From Hydrurus foetidus (taxonomy: Eukaryota): a stretch of DNA of 43,082 bases. The stretch lies in the NCBI GenBank assembly GCA_900617105.1, contig UYFQ01000317.1, forward strand, positions 1 to 43,082, in the 5' to 3' direction. The position numbers and the translations under genes were made by a program. Below are positions 23,774 through 37,006 of the stretch, piece after piece; the stretch's first letter is position 1, and each line of letters opens with the position of its first letter. The notes under the pieces are model-generated. The model had not been told where the DNA came from and searched no databases. It worked only from the letters and a program-made list of their open reading frames with translations.

Positions 23774-26124
23774 CTTTGCTTCTTCCCTACCTTCGTTTCT
23801 TTTTTTTCTGATCTGCAACTATTCAATATGCCGCTATATCAGATATGTGGGATCCCCCTATCAGACCTCTCTCTCTGAAGCCGGCCAAGAGAAATACCTC
23901 TACAACATGGACAGCAGAGCAGGCATCGACAGTACTACCTCGCTCTCCTCTTGCACTACCTCTTCCTCTTCGTACATGTGGAGGGAACAGGAGAGGTGGC
24001 CCATAGATATCGGCACAAAATATTTCAGGGTCAGTTTGACATTTAAGGAATGTCATATTTCCGAACAGTGACTTCACAGTTTTTTTGATATGCAGTGTCA
24101 CGAAATTGTTTCAATGAGCTACTAGACTGGTATCATTGTGTTGATTTTCGCTTTCGATGCATTAGTTTTCAATTGATTTGAAGCATGTTTTCTCCTGTTC
24201 TGGTCACATGTCGATCTCTGCTCTACAAAGCACTTATCGAAGCAATTTGTACACCTGTCCGCGCCACTTCGTCCCCCGAGTATCGTAACACTTCACATGC
24301 ACTCACTTACACTAACACTCACAATCGCGCTTCCTCAACCTCCGAAGGCCACGTCAGTCAGTGATCCGGTCACCCAGAAGGCGCGCAAGGGAGACCGAGT
24401 GGTCATACCCGTCAAAATAGGTGACTCACTGCACTATTGTAATAGTTGATATACTGTATACTGTATTCTACGGAAAGTTGCATGATGTTGTGTCGTTAAA
24501 ACGTGTATGGACATTGATGCTTCCTGATTTTATTCATCCCTTCCCTGATGTGTCCCCTCATTCTGCACCATCAATTAGCTGTACTTGACAAATCTAATTC
24601 AAGCGAAACTATCGAAGTGCATTGCCCCGTAGCACACTATACCATGCAACAAATTCCACACGGCACTTCACTACACTGTACTACATGCTACCCCACCACT
24701 GCACTACATAACCTTGTGTAGGATGAAATCACTGTAAATGTGCACTGTGTACGTCATCCAAAATTCCAGCGAACACCCAATCACACGCACATCAACACAC
24801 ACACACTTCACATTGCTGCAATAACGAGACCAACTCAACCGCACATGCAACAACCACCCACATAGTAACATTCGAACGTACTCTCACTGTGTGCGTACTG
24901 ACTGCAGGTGAGGACGTGGCAGCTGACGCCTTGATGCGGGAGCTGAAGGACAGAGGAGTAGATGTGGAACTCAGAAAGGGTAGCACGACTGCGACTGGTC
25001 CGGGGTTAATAGACATACTCACAGGTACGTACGTAAGTACTCACGTTCATTTATTTTGCTGTTTGTTATATTGATTTTACGTATTTATTGTCTATTACGG
25101 TAACCGAATTCTAGATATGCGGATCAGAATTTTTAGGAACCTGAGTGCACAATTTCTGGCGGCAGTGAATTGACGGAATTTTTTCTGTCTTCAGTAATAT
25201 TTCATGACTGATTGATTTAGTGCGATGACAACCTGTAGTTGGTAAATTCTATTCTGATAGAGTGGGGGAGATTTCAAATGTGTCGTCTTGTCTCGTCCTG
25301 TGTTGTCCTATTCTGTGGTAGCGCATTTCATTATCATGACGTCATCTTCTATTTACATTCTGACGTCCTGTTTGTTTTGTTTCTCTCTTCTTTTCCTCTG
25401 CACTCGTTCAATTGAATCCTAGGAGAGGTTATGTTCAATGAAACAAGCGCAGAGACAGACAGTTTACTAACTTCAGACAGCGCTGGGAATGAAATTGCGC
25501 CGATAGAAACGATTCACATAAGTCGATCAGATTCTGCAGCAGTGTTCAGAAGATTTATACAAATTACAGAAGAAGAAAAATTATCAGCATTAAAAAAAGT
25601 TCCAAATAAGAAAAAAAATGATGTAACGGATGCAAATCAATTACAAAATGAGCAACTGAGTCTTAGTAAAGATAAATTACAAATAAAAACATTATTTCAA
25701 ACAGTCCTTAGTGATGGTGTGGAAACAATTGAAAGAGTTACAGATCAAAATTCTTCCTCCAGTGTTGGAGAAAGGAGATCAACCGAAAATCAAATTTTCA
25801 ATCTTGACTTACATCAAGTTTCTTTAAGCAATTTCGGTCCCTATGGGGGAGGCAAAGTACATTATCCCTTGCAGAAAAGGTGTGTCTTTGTGCGTGTGTG
25901 CGTCTGTCTGCATGCGTGCGTATATGTCTTGGGGTGAAAGGAATTTTTTTTGTATGAGTGTGTGTCCACTCATGGATCTGTTGGCGTGTCTATGTCCGTG
26001 TCGGTGTATGGATGGAATTGGGGGTTGGACAATAGGAGGGTTACGTGAGAGACAATGTGGTATCTCTTTAGAAACTGCATGAATTTGAATTATTGTGCCA
26101 CAACGGACACTTAGAAAGGCCCAG

Positions 26125-26164
<40 letters not shown>

Positions 26165-29100
26165 CAATTGAGTATCAGTCGCTTTATCGACCTATCCCTT
26201 CTAAGCATTTCTTCTCGGCTATCTTGATGCTTGAGCAGAATCAATCAACCCTCACCGCCACCAAGCATATCCGACACACTTCCCCACTCATACTTCCCCC
26301 TCTCACTCCCACATACTCTTCCTCTTCCTCTTCTTTTTACATCTTCTGCCTTCTGCGTCCCCCAGGGGACTGGTGCTAATCAGGGGTCAGTCTTCGGACC
26401 GAACCGGTGCAGATAGCAACGGATCCGGCAAGGTACCAATTCATCATTGTTGCGCTGTTATTTTCCGTCCTTTTTCTCTGTCGTCTCATTAATGGTAGTA
26501 ATAGTTTTCAAGTCTGCCTTTTTCCACATACTCATGTTCGAGAGGGAGAGGATGTAAATCTACCGACAGCACAATATTTTGTTCAGACAATTTATCAATG
26601 CCACTTCTTCTCTCTACATGTCTCGCACTCTCGCTGTCTCTCTCATCTCCTCTGTTTTCTCTCACGTCTAATTTCCGTTGTTGCCCCCTGCTATATTCTT
26701 TCTTACTTCATCCCTTCCACCTTCTTGATTACTTCACTCTTCTCTGTTTTAATCCATCTCTCCCATCTTTCCTCCCACATTCCTTCCTACCTTCCTTCCG
26801 TCCTTCCTTCCCTCCCTCTATCCCTCCACTCCTTCTCTCCAACGCACCCCCTTTCCTCCTCCCTGCTCCATCCATCCCTCCACTGCTTTTCCCATACCCC
26901 CTTTCTTCTCCCCCCTCCTTCTCACGCACCCCGGCAGACCACTCTCGCTATGTCCGTTATGTGGGCATTAACCGGGAGCATGGATTTACGGCTAGTGTCT
27001 GACAGTAAAGCCACGGATGTCGCCTACGACTCTGGGAATAAAAAATCAAAAAGAACGGCCGAGGTCAAAATTGAAGGTGGAGTTTATTTTGAGTTTATAA
27101 GAGTACTTGCGTCCAAGTTGTACAATTGTTGCTTGTACATTTCATGGATGAGTTATAATATTTTTGATTGAGTTCTTGCCATCGTTTTGTTTCTCTTGAT
27201 ATCATGTATTACACTTTATATTGTGCTCACTTTTTCCCCTTTGTATTCATTTTATGAGCCGGGCACTCAAGTTAACAATCAAACGAAATTTGAATTACGT
27301 AAAAACAATCTACTGTCCTTCATGCGAATCGCTCTGCATTGTGTAAGTACGTACTGACTCATAACAATTCACACGTACCGTTCGCTAGGTGCGATCAACG
27401 GTGATCCTTTTAGTATTGTGCGAAAAAGAGGAGAGAGAAAATCGGAATTGTTCTTTACTCTAGGTGCGTACAACTTTTCACATAAAAAAAAGTGCAGACA
27501 CTATGCTATTATATTTTTGTATAATCATATGGGAATTCTTTTTGAATTTATCGAAGTACGGAATTTCTTCAGTAGATGTAGAGCTTTGTACTTAATTCCA
27601 CCGGATGCAAATACTAATCAACCTCAAATTTGAGACGTATACATACGAATTACATTGTATTTAATTATGTGCTATTTCCATTATTTTGATTGTTTGTAGG
27701 TGGTGTGGATTTGACCACACAAGCTGTGAAAGAAACGCAAGTTATCATTGAAGAAAAATTAGGTACGATAAACGTAATCGGAATAACACTCACTGCATTT
27801 TATTAAGATTCCTTTTTAAAATATTAGTTAACCTTTCATTTGATGCATTTCAAAGGCGCAATAGATTATTTGAATTCCTGATGATAGGATTGTGATTATG
27901 TGGAGATAGTAGTTGTTATATTTGTCTTCTGTGGTTTCCGATCAAAGGGCTGCAACAATGGGTCACAACCTTTATTCCCAGACCCCCAGATTTTGGATCT
28001 GAAGATCTGGGATTCTGGGATTTAGACAAGATATCTGGAGACCCCCCCTCCCTTTCTAGATTTATCCGGGATCCCGGAAATAGGATCATAAATCGTTCCA
28101 GATTTTTCAAAAATTCACCCAAAATCTGGGGTCTGGGCTTCTGGGAATAAACGGTGTCACCCACTACATGCTACCGTATTGAATGATATAATTACGTACT
28201 AATTACTGGGAGTTCTGTACTAAATAATGTAACAGGTATCGGAGGAGGCCTCTTGCAGAGGTGCTGTTTTTTTGGCCAACATTCTCACACTTTGCACTCT
28301 CTCCTGGGTTTGACAGACTCCAAACTAAAAAATGAATTATCAGCTTTAGTGGATACGTCAATATGGACACTTGCCCAAGATGATGTGAAAAAAAGAGAAA
28401 AAAATGATAATTTGCATAGGAGTAAAATAGAAATAGAATGTGATATATTTAAAAAACAAATTGTGGAGGCGAGAATGATATGTAATGCTGACAATCAATT
28501 AATCGAAAATTTGAAATCTGATATTGCAACCGCAAAAGAAAAAGGTATGGAAGCCTACAAATTTCAACATTGTTACTTCAAAGAAATGCTTTATGAATAA
28601 CGATTCTTTTTGGATGCTTCTTTTAGCTCCGATTGTATTTTAAGTTGCTCATCCTATTGTTCATACCTGTATGCTTTGAATTAGAAATAAATGGGACATA
28701 AATAAAAATTGGTCATCTCTTTATATTCATTAATTTTCCAAATTATGCTTCGATTTAGCGTGACACACGAAACCTTTAATTTGCGCAATTATACAATAGT
28801 TAACGGTGTCGCTTTTTTTTTCTACCAGTAACGAATAACAGATGCAAATCTTCATAAATTTTCCTTTCTATGTCACAAAATGTTCTTTTCTGATCGTCTC
28901 ATTTTTAACAATTTCATTTTCTATTTCAGTATTTTCAGAGATCGGTAATAATGGGGAGTTTTTAGATCCGAAATTCGCTGGATCAACATCAAAAGATGTA
29001 TTCGAAAAATACAATAATGCAGTAACAGAAAGTGCACGTATTAGAAAAGAAGAAATTGAACCTCTCAACGAATTTCTGTTATCTTTTTCAAGAAGTAAAG

Positions 29101-32100
29101 GAATGCATACGAAAGATCTGGTAAACGCTTCAAACGAAATCCGTGAAAAATTAACACAAACGAGAACATCCATGAAATATAATGAGAAAAATTTGAATTT
29201 ATTAAATCCTGTTATTGCCACACTAAATAGCGAGATGGAAATACTCAAAGCGAATTATACGTCACAGGTGCATACGGCTTACAGAGGAATAATAGAGGAT
29301 TACACTTTTCTAATCCACACTGAAGCGATCAATATTGAGGGTATTTCAGAAAGTATACACCACGAAACATTGCTCTCAAATGGACAAATAAAATGTGTTG
29401 ATGCGTCAGGCACATTGTTAGATGTAACGGAGCCTTCATTCTTTCGTAGCTTGATGGATGGTATACAGTACCATTCTGATCTACGGGGAATTAAAGTCAA
29501 AGCAGACGAGAGGACATTAAATACGCTCATTGACTATGATTACGAGAAATCATCATGTTCAGATGAGCATGATGCTGACGCCTGTCCCACTTGTGGTCAG
29601 ACATTGTCAGATGATCTACTGCAATCAAAGAAAACAACTTTATCGATGACTGTCAAATTGGAAAATGACAAATGGTCACTCGCAATGTTTAGAGCATCGA
29701 AAATGAAAACTAGATTGGAGACAATCCATAAAGCTGTCGATACTTATAAACGCTGGCAAACAGCGAATGAAAAAAGAAATACGACACAAGCTGACATCGA
29801 CAAATTGAATAAATTTCTTACTTTATCAAAGGAAGATGAAAGCAAATACTCACAACAGCTCAATGATACATTAAGCGAAATAGATAACATTGAACAAGAT
29901 GACGTTATTGTGGAGAAAGAAAAAACAAAATCTCTACGAGAAACTGAAAACAAACTTTCCGCCTCATTAAATCTTGAAAAAGAGTTACAATCTACAGCAG
30001 AAAAGGTGAAATGTAAAATTTGAAATATGATAGTGGACACAAAATTATCTGATGATTGTACTACACTCGATTTTCGTTCATTATCTTCTTCTTCGACCCT
30101 TGTCTTCTTTGATCGTCTTCGCTTCTCGCCTCTATCTCTTTCGGAAGCCTCTGCTCGCTATCCTTCTTCGCTCTCCTTCTTTCCCTTTTCCCTCTTCTCT
30201 CTTTTCCTTTATCTTTATCTTCCCCTCTTCTCAATTTCCTTTTTTTCCTGTACATCTCTTTCACTCTTTTCTCTACTAATCTTCCCCTGACTTATAACCC
30301 TTTAATGCAATGCTGCCGATTGCTTCTTTTCTGACACTCACTTTCACAGTCCCTCCCCGTTCTTACTCTAAGCTCCCTGATAGATTTTCCAGCAAAATGA
30401 ACTCGCTCGTCCTTGTTTCGTATCACATGCGATCTTACTCTCTTAATTCCCCTTTCTGGATTCCTTTATATTTCATCAAATAAATCCGACTGTCACATTG
30501 AACTCATCACTCTTTATCTCTCCTTTTATTCTGTATTCTGTATTCTGTATTCCGTATATTCTCACCCACCCAACTTTATCTCTCACACAGTATCGCAAAA
30601 TGGAGTCAATTGCACTAGCGTCTCAAAGCGAAGCTAACTCTACCATTCTAGTACTGGAAGAAAGACTGAAGACATACGTCATTAACCTATCAACCAAAAC
30701 AGGTACTTCTTCCTTGTACGATTATCAAGATTCAAGATGACTAAGACAATGATATCAGTGAAAATAAATCAATAGCGATAAAGACGGAAATATTCTGACA
30801 TGCATAGATCACCAACATTTGAATATCGTATTGAAGATTATTGTACGTACTTACATTCAAGTGAAATGAGGATAAGAGAGGGAGCATTGATGGCAGGATT
30901 ACTTATTCATGTCAGAAGCCTAGCATTTTGAGTATATCCCTATCACAGTCTATTCCACCCTCACTGTACACTATTCTCTACCTCTTCGTCTCCCTCACAT
31001 TACAATCCAATGTTCACACGGTTTTACTCATCTTATTTTCCTCCCTCAATATCCGTATAGATTTGCTGCAAAATCAAGAACAAATTGTCGAAGAAAAAAC
31101 AGCCGAAAGAAATCTCCTCATTGAGAGATCTGTGATGCTTGGAGTTCTTTCAGAGGCCTTCGGTCCTAAGTACGTACATACGTACTTTGAATTATTCAAA
31201 TTGGATTTTTAAGTATTTTTATTTTTGTTTTTATCAATGTTCTTATTTTTGTTTTTATTCCTATTTTTTTTATGGTCGTCAATAATATATTTTGATGGTA
31301 TTTACATTTTTTTCTGAGTTAACATAATGTAAATGCACCGTACATATATCTTTCTCACATCTTATGACTGTTTATTATGCCTGCATTACTCGCATTGATT
31401 CTGATAATTTCATCGTACCCTACATTCCCTTTCGTTCTGTCTCCCCACATTTCATTTCGTTTAACTTCATTTCATTTGATTTTATTTCATTTGATTTTAT
31501 TTTATTTGTTTTACTTGACCCAAACTATTTAATTTCCTATCATTTCATTTCAGAGGGATACAGCATTACCTCTTCAAATCAGTCATAAAGGTGTTGGAGG
31601 AAATCGCAAATTGTTATCTTCTGGTATTGGCTGAAGGAGGAATACAATTATCTCTTGACGGTAAAACACAGAATACAGAATGCAGAATATTGGGCTATTT
31701 TTCCTTTGTCTCTTTCGTTCATTTTACTGCTTGAATTATTTTGAGACGATCTTGTCGAGACCTTATGTGCGCCTTACCGATGAGTGCGACATCTGTTGGT
31801 GAATTTTTCACCAAGAAAGGCGACGCACATGTCACTGTCACACACTAATTGAATAAAACTATACAAGCAAATAGAACTCGAAGCTATCGAATGAATGAAG
31901 TCTGTGTGTGCTATCGACACCATTAATAATATTCCCTCTCCCATCATGTAATGCAAGGCCAAGAAATGGAAAAAATCGTCAAGAGTGTGAACGTACGATC
32001 AGCAGACGGTACGTACGTAGAGCGTTGCCTCTCCTCACTATCTGGTGGGCAGTGGCGCAGAGTCAGCATGTCCCTTGACTTCGCATTCGCAGAAGTTATA

Positions 32101-33239
32101 CGGAGAAAAGGAGCGTTGAGGTGCAATCTAATGGTCATGGACGAGGTGCTTACACATTTAGATGCGACAGGCAGAGAAGGAGTGGGAAGTGTGTTGCGCG
32201 CTATGGTAGATTCGCCTACTAGAGGAGGAGAGAAGAAACTTGCATTGGTATGTACGTACATGCAGACGTAAAAACTCATTTTTTGTATTTTGTATTTGAT
32301 ATTTTGTATTTTGTGTGATGATTATTGTCATTTTGTATCGTAAGAATATTCGGATATTCTGTTCGTTCATTATGATTTTATATTGCTCCTTCCAGTAATC
32401 ATCACCGTCATGAATAATCTAAATCTTATCCAGCAGCTAATTTTATTAACTCTAATCTTTACTTTTCTCGGAAGTTGTGAGATTTTTAATAAACCGTTAT
32501 TTTATCTTGGCATTTCCAGATATTCCTGAAACTAAAATCTAATTCAATTTTTTTAATATATACATTATATACAAAACAATTATAATTGCTGCCAATTAAG
32601 ACTGATTACAACACGAAGACTTCCGAAGAAAAAGAAGAAAAAGAAGAGAAAGAAAAAAGAGAAAAAAGAGAAGAAAAAGTGGATGAATTAATGATGGATG
32701 GTGAAGGTATAGAAATGCCAGGCATTGTTGGAATCGATGGGAAGGACGGGTCCAAGGTCCGCACTGACTATGGAAGTGCAACCACGTCACTCATAGGTAC
32801 GTATGACAGAAAGGTCTTCATGGTTGGTATGGACTACTCACAGCAATGTATTACTACTTGAGCACTGTTTATCGATACTTCAACTGTCTGTCCTAACCAC
32901 ATTCTCCACTCCTAGCTCCTATTCAATCTGTGACCTTACATCCTTCCTCCACCTCTACCTCAGCATCTTCTTCTTCCCCATCCTCTCTCAAACGCTACTG
33001 CAGTGCAACCCCTTCTCACAATGTGAATGCCACACTTAATTGAAAAAACAAATTATTAGCAATATCAGATAACATCTAATAAATCACATGAACAAATAGG
33101 TGCAGGATCGTATGAGACTGTGATAGTGATATTACAGGACCTAGCAGCAAAGGAGATAGAAGAGGCGTTTGACTCGATCGATGTGGTGGTGAAAGACGCT
33201 GACACTGCCAGAGTGGTCATGGATGGAGGGATGCAATAA
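20055..33239 (+). CDS. Single-chain SbcD/Mre11 nuclease - SbcC/Rad50 ATPase fusion protein, multi-exon
   Basis: Phosphoesterase motifs FSDLHV (~20850), FLGDFWH, IPGNHD (~21640), HADIQG, SGHFH (~23030), YVGSPYQ (~23845). Then LSNFGPY (~25825), Walker A DSNGSGK|TTL (split by intron ~26433-26937), Q-loop FFGQH (~28270), coiled coil with zinc hook CPTC (~29583), LSGGQ signature (~32040), Walker B/D-loop VMDEVLTHLD; TAA at 33237-33239. Splice phases across the nuclease-ATPase linker are compatible. The 5' exon structure is less certain. Confidence 0.88.
23680..23776. repeat. (TTTC)n microsatellite in an intron
   Basis: Direct inspection. Confidence 0.95.
26126..26164. repeat. (TCTG)n microsatellite in an intron
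   Basis: Direct inspection. Confidence 0.9.
27956..28166. mobile_element. MITE-like element (~210 bp) in an intron of the Mre11-Rad50 gene
   Basis: Imperfect TIRs TGGGTCACAACCTTTATTCCCAGA / TCTGGGAATAAACGGTGTCACCCA; internal CCAGA/TCTGG motifs; no TSD found. Confidence 0.65.
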
Positions 33240-34689
33240 ATGCACAAGCACAACGCACTAATCTTTGCTCGATGTTAAATGATGTTCGATGGTTCAAGAT
33301 TAGGTCTTATTGGGTGGGATTAGATGGGATTTAAGATGTTTATGAATATATGATATGAGCGTGTTATTCATTACCCTGAAATTACTGTTAAACAAATTTT
33401 AAATTCAAATCACAGTTTTCATTATAACTTGTGATAACAAATTGGAGCAATCAGTGTCCATTAAATGTGTTTCTAGAAATGTGTAGACCGGAACAGTGGA
33501 ACTCCTGTGGACTGACCGCACCATTTTGTATACTGTAGTGTGAATTTTCGAAATATTCTGTCTTTTGTATTTTAGTTATCACAGATTTCTCCCTCGTATA
33601 CGGTTTTTATCAAAGAAAGGAAAATCTCGGTTGTTATCGAAGCTATATCGTTGTTAACAAATTCTAAATTCGAGATATCTATGATCCTATCACCATCGAA
33701 GGAGTGACGTTGATCATGATGACGAGTGGGCCGTTGAAGAGAGATGTAGAGGCTACTCTAAAGTGACATGCTAGGATAAGAGAAGGGAAGAGAAAAGAGG
33801 AGAAAAGAAGTGAGAATAAGAGAAAAGAGAAGACAGTTCGAATTAGATTCCATCCGTTACTATTCAGATCACTGATGTGCGATAAGATGCACATACTCGC
33901 ATGTGAATAAAGTCAAGTCTATTACGGGCAGAAATTACTATCTCGTTGCAGTAACGAAGTGCGTACATCGATGAAAGTGTTCGTGCTCCTCTAATCTCTA
34001 TAACCTTCAGCCATGCTAGTCAAATTTTGAGATTTAGCGTCTTAACGACGACTGAATATTTTTTCCCATCAAGTTTGCATTCATATTTCCGTTTTTTCAG
34101 GACTTACGGAGCTTTAGCAACTTTTTCTCCTCGTCATTTCTCAGTAAAGGTCCAGTAATTTGACCGCTTGAAACGCTTTGTCATCATATCTGTTAATGGA
34201 GAGCGAATTAAAAAAGGTACACACTTTATGTGATTTAAATTGAGATTAAAATAAGACCTACATAAATACTAAAACTTACATAATTATGTTCATTGCATGT
34301 AATTACAACTAGAAGTGATGAGTTAGAGCTCCCCACGGTGAAGTGCATTTTTCTTACTCTACTTTGTGCCATCTAATGCAGTTGACGTCACCGCTAGTAT
34401 TATCTTCTAAAAAAAGTAGGATTCTCAAAAGCGTGTAATATCAAAGTATAAAAAAATCTAGGTGTCATAGATTGAAAGTTAGTAACACCGCGCACTTCAC
34501 ATTAGCTCTTTCCAAGTGCATCTCTGAGTGGCTTCCACTGTTTATCATTTCCGATCAATTTATATGAGGGTCTTCTTGTCTTGATCATGTAGATGTCGAT
34601 TACCATAAATTTTTAGCTGGAGCAAACTATTCCCTTTCCACTCCCCACCCATCCTCTGCTTGAGTGCCCCACTGGTGGCTGAGATTCAA

Positions 34690-36000
34690 CTAGAAATTAG
34701 AATAGTGTTCTGTAAGCGGCTGAGCTTCAGGACGTTGATTCCTTTGTGTGCTCAATTTGTAAACTACTCCCATCAGGACTGCTGCCACAAATAGCAGCGC
34801 AATTACGATACCAGCGATTCCACCATCACTCAATCTAGAATTTGAATTGTTCGGTGTAGCAGTGACTATTGCCGCATTAAGAGGTGCTGATGGTTCAGTT
34901 GTAGGTACCGGTGTCGCTGTTTTTGAAGAGGTTGCCGCCGCCGGACTAGTAGAAGGCACTGCCATAGGTATTCCATATGGTTTCGTTGGACTTGACTCTG
35001 AGCCTTTTACCGTCGGACTAAAAGTCGGCGATGCCGTGGGCATATTTGTTAATGGTTTTACGGGAGGTGTTGGTGATACCGGTGTCGAAAAGGGCTTTTC
35101 TGAGGGTACATCTGTTGGACTAGAAGAAGGCGATGGCGTCGACGGCTCAACCGCTACTGGTGGTTTTGCAGTAGGTATCGGTGATACCGGTGTCGAAAAG
35201 GGCTTTTCTGAGGGTACATCTGTTGGACTAGAAGAAGGCGATGGCGTCGACGGCTCAACCGCTACTGGTGGTTTTGCAGTAGGTATCGGTGATACCGGTG
35301 TCGAAAAGGGCTTTTCTGAGGGTACATCTGTTGGACTAGTAGAAGGCGATGGCGTCGACGGCTCAACCGCTACTGGTGGTTTTGCAGTAGGTATCGGTGA
35401 TACCGGTGTCGAAAAGGGCTTTTCTGAGGGTACATCTGTTGGACTAGAAGAAGGCGATGGCGTCGACGGCTCAACCGCTACTGGTGGTTTTGCAGTAGGT
35501 ATCGGTGATACCGGTGTCGAAAAGGGCTTTTCTGAGGGTACATCTGTTGGACTAGTAGAAGGCGATGGCGTCGACGGCTCAACCGCTACTGGTGGTTCTG
35601 CAGTAGGTATCGGCGATACCGGTGTCGAAGAGGGTTTTCCTGAGGGTACATCTATTGGACTAGTAGAAGGCGATGTCATGGGCATATTTGTTGGTGGCAT
35701 CGTAGGAGCCAAAGATGTAGGTATTCCAGATGGTGCGGCAGTGTCTTCTTCAAGATTCAAATCATTACTGGACATTTTCCGTGCGCTGTGGATCCTTTTC
35801 GATGCACCCGGCGTGAATGATTCGTCACTTACAGTGCCATCTGCCTTCATTCCTTTACTGATTGAAAAAGTTTTGGAAATTTCGTCGACGTCATGTACAG
35901 AAGGAAACGCTTCTCCATAAACGTTTGCCGACGACAAGATCAGTACAACGGCGATAAATATTGCCATCGATGGTGGTCCTTTTGGAGGCGTTCGTTTCAT
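34690..36000 (-). CDS. Mucin-like Pro/Ser/Thr-rich type I membrane protein, intronless
   Basis: Signal-like MAIFIAVVLILSSANVYG (ATG at 35967 or 36000), five 36-aa repeats, TM segment GIAGIVIALLFVAAVLMGVVY, short cytoplasmic tail. Confidence 0.85.
   Translation of the reverse strand: MKRTPPKGPPSMAIFIAVVLILSSANVYGEAFPSVHDVDEISKTFSISKGMKADGTVSDESFTPGASKRIHSARKMSSNDLNLEEDTAAPSGIPTSLAPTMPPTNMPMTSPSTSPIDVPSGKPSSTPVSPIPTAEPPVAVEPSTPSPSTSPTDVPSEKPFSTPVSPIPTAKPPVAVEPSTPSPSSSPTDVPSEKPFSTPVSPIPTAKPPVAVEPSTPSPSTSPTDVPSEKPFSTPVSPIPTAKPPVAVEPSTPSPSSSPTDVPSEKPFSTPVSPIPTAKPPVAVEPSTPSPSSSPTDVPSEKPFSTPVSPTPPVKPLTNMPTASPTFSPTVKGSESSPTKPYGIPMAVPSTSPAAATSSKTATPVPTTEPSAPLNAAIVTATPNNSNSRLSDGGIAGIVIALLFVAAVLMGVVYKLSTQRNQRPEAQPLTEHYSNF
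35070..35675. repeat. Coding minisatellite, 108-bp unit x ~5.5
   Basis: GG(t/c)GATACCGGTGTCGAA recurs at 35072, 35180, 35288, 35396, 35504, 35612. Confidence 0.95.
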
Positions 36001-36414
36001 TGGAGCGGGCTCGTGTAACAAAGATATTAGATAATAAAGTGGTGACAAAAGAGGACATGTGAAAGCTCACAATCGAGCTCCGCTGAACTCAAATTATACG
36101 CTACGTGGACCCTTTGCATGATCAGCGCATCCAATTCCGTCCTGACGATGTACCGTTATTTACGTTTGTACGTTATTTCATGCCAATTTTAACGGACACT
36201 TCAAAATTCAAAGTGACCATACTCACATCACTTTGTCAATCACAGTATCATCATTTCGATGAACAATAGATCAATGTCGACACAATTCTTCGTCGTCAAC
36301 ATCATTTGTCGACGCTTGCGGCAATCCCATCTTTTATTGGCCGCCGACATTATCCAACTTTGGTAACGGGACCTAAGGAAGTTATTCCTCCTGCTTGACT
36401 TCCTTTCCTGGTAT

Positions 36415-37006
36415 TTCGGAGAGCTCGATAGTTTCTCGCGCTATCGAAGAGCTCGACGAATGTGTGTTCGGCCGATAGCAGACGGCAATGGAGACTTCAG
36501 TGGAGCTACCGTATCGAGCGCAGCGACAGCTAAATGTAAAATATAAAATGCGCATAGCGAATGCCATGGTGCTTCGGAGAGCTCGATAGTTTCTCGCGAT
36601 TTCTATTTGAGCTATCGAAGAGCTCGACGAATGTGTGTTCGGCCGATACAGACGGCAATGGAGACTTCAGAGGAGCTACCGTATCGAGCGCAGCGACAGC
36701 TAAATGTAAAATATAAAATGCGCATAGCGAATGCCATGGTGCTTCGGAGAGCTCGATAGTTTCTCGCGATTTCTATTTGAGCTATCGAAGAGCTCGACGT
36801 ATGTGTGTTCGGCCGATAGCAGACGGCAATGGAGACTTCAGAGGAGCTACCGTATCGAGCGCAGCGACAGCTAAATGTAAAATATAAAATGCGCATAGCG
36901 AATGCCATGGTGCTTCGGAGAGCTCGATAGTTTCTCGCGATTTCTATTTGAGCTATCGAAGAGCTCGACGTATGTGTGTTCGGCCGATAGCAGACGGCAA
37001 TGGAGA
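36415..37006. repeat. Tandem array, ~171-bp unit x ~3.5, near-identical
   Basis: GCTTCGGAGAGCTCGATAG at 36571, 36741, 36912; the first unit at ~36415 has a short internal deletion. Confidence 0.95.

Noticed and set aside
23590..23878. Lys/Glu/Arg-rich and Phe/Leu/Ser-rich ORFs
   Set aside because: Translations of the (TTTC)n intronic microsatellite.
26407..27002. Hydrophobic ORFs of 254 and 134 aa
   Set aside because: Mostly a pyrimidine-rich intron; only 26366-26432 and 26938 onward are exonic parts of the Rad50 domain.
30027..30640. Several Phe/Ser/Leu-rich short ORFs
   Set aside because: Low-complexity intron sequence within the Mre11-Rad50 gene.
20055..33239. Bacterial sbcDC operon or contaminant, or canonical nuclear MRE11/RAD50 gene symbols
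   Set aside because: Many spliceosomal introns exclude a bacterial origin of the contig; the fused, SbcCD-like sequence does not justify either symbol.
34847..35920. 357-aa Gly/Val-rich plus-strand ORF
   Set aside because: Antisense shadow of the Pro/Ser/Thr repeat gene, which has the signal peptide and TM helix.
36382..36908. Repeated short ORFs MAFAMRILYFTFSCRC...
   Set aside because: By-products of the tandem array; a 1-nt deletion in one unit shifts the frame, and there is no coding signature.
36415..37006. CRISPR-like array
   Set aside because: Whole 171-bp units repeat with no unique spacers; eukaryotic context and no cas genes.
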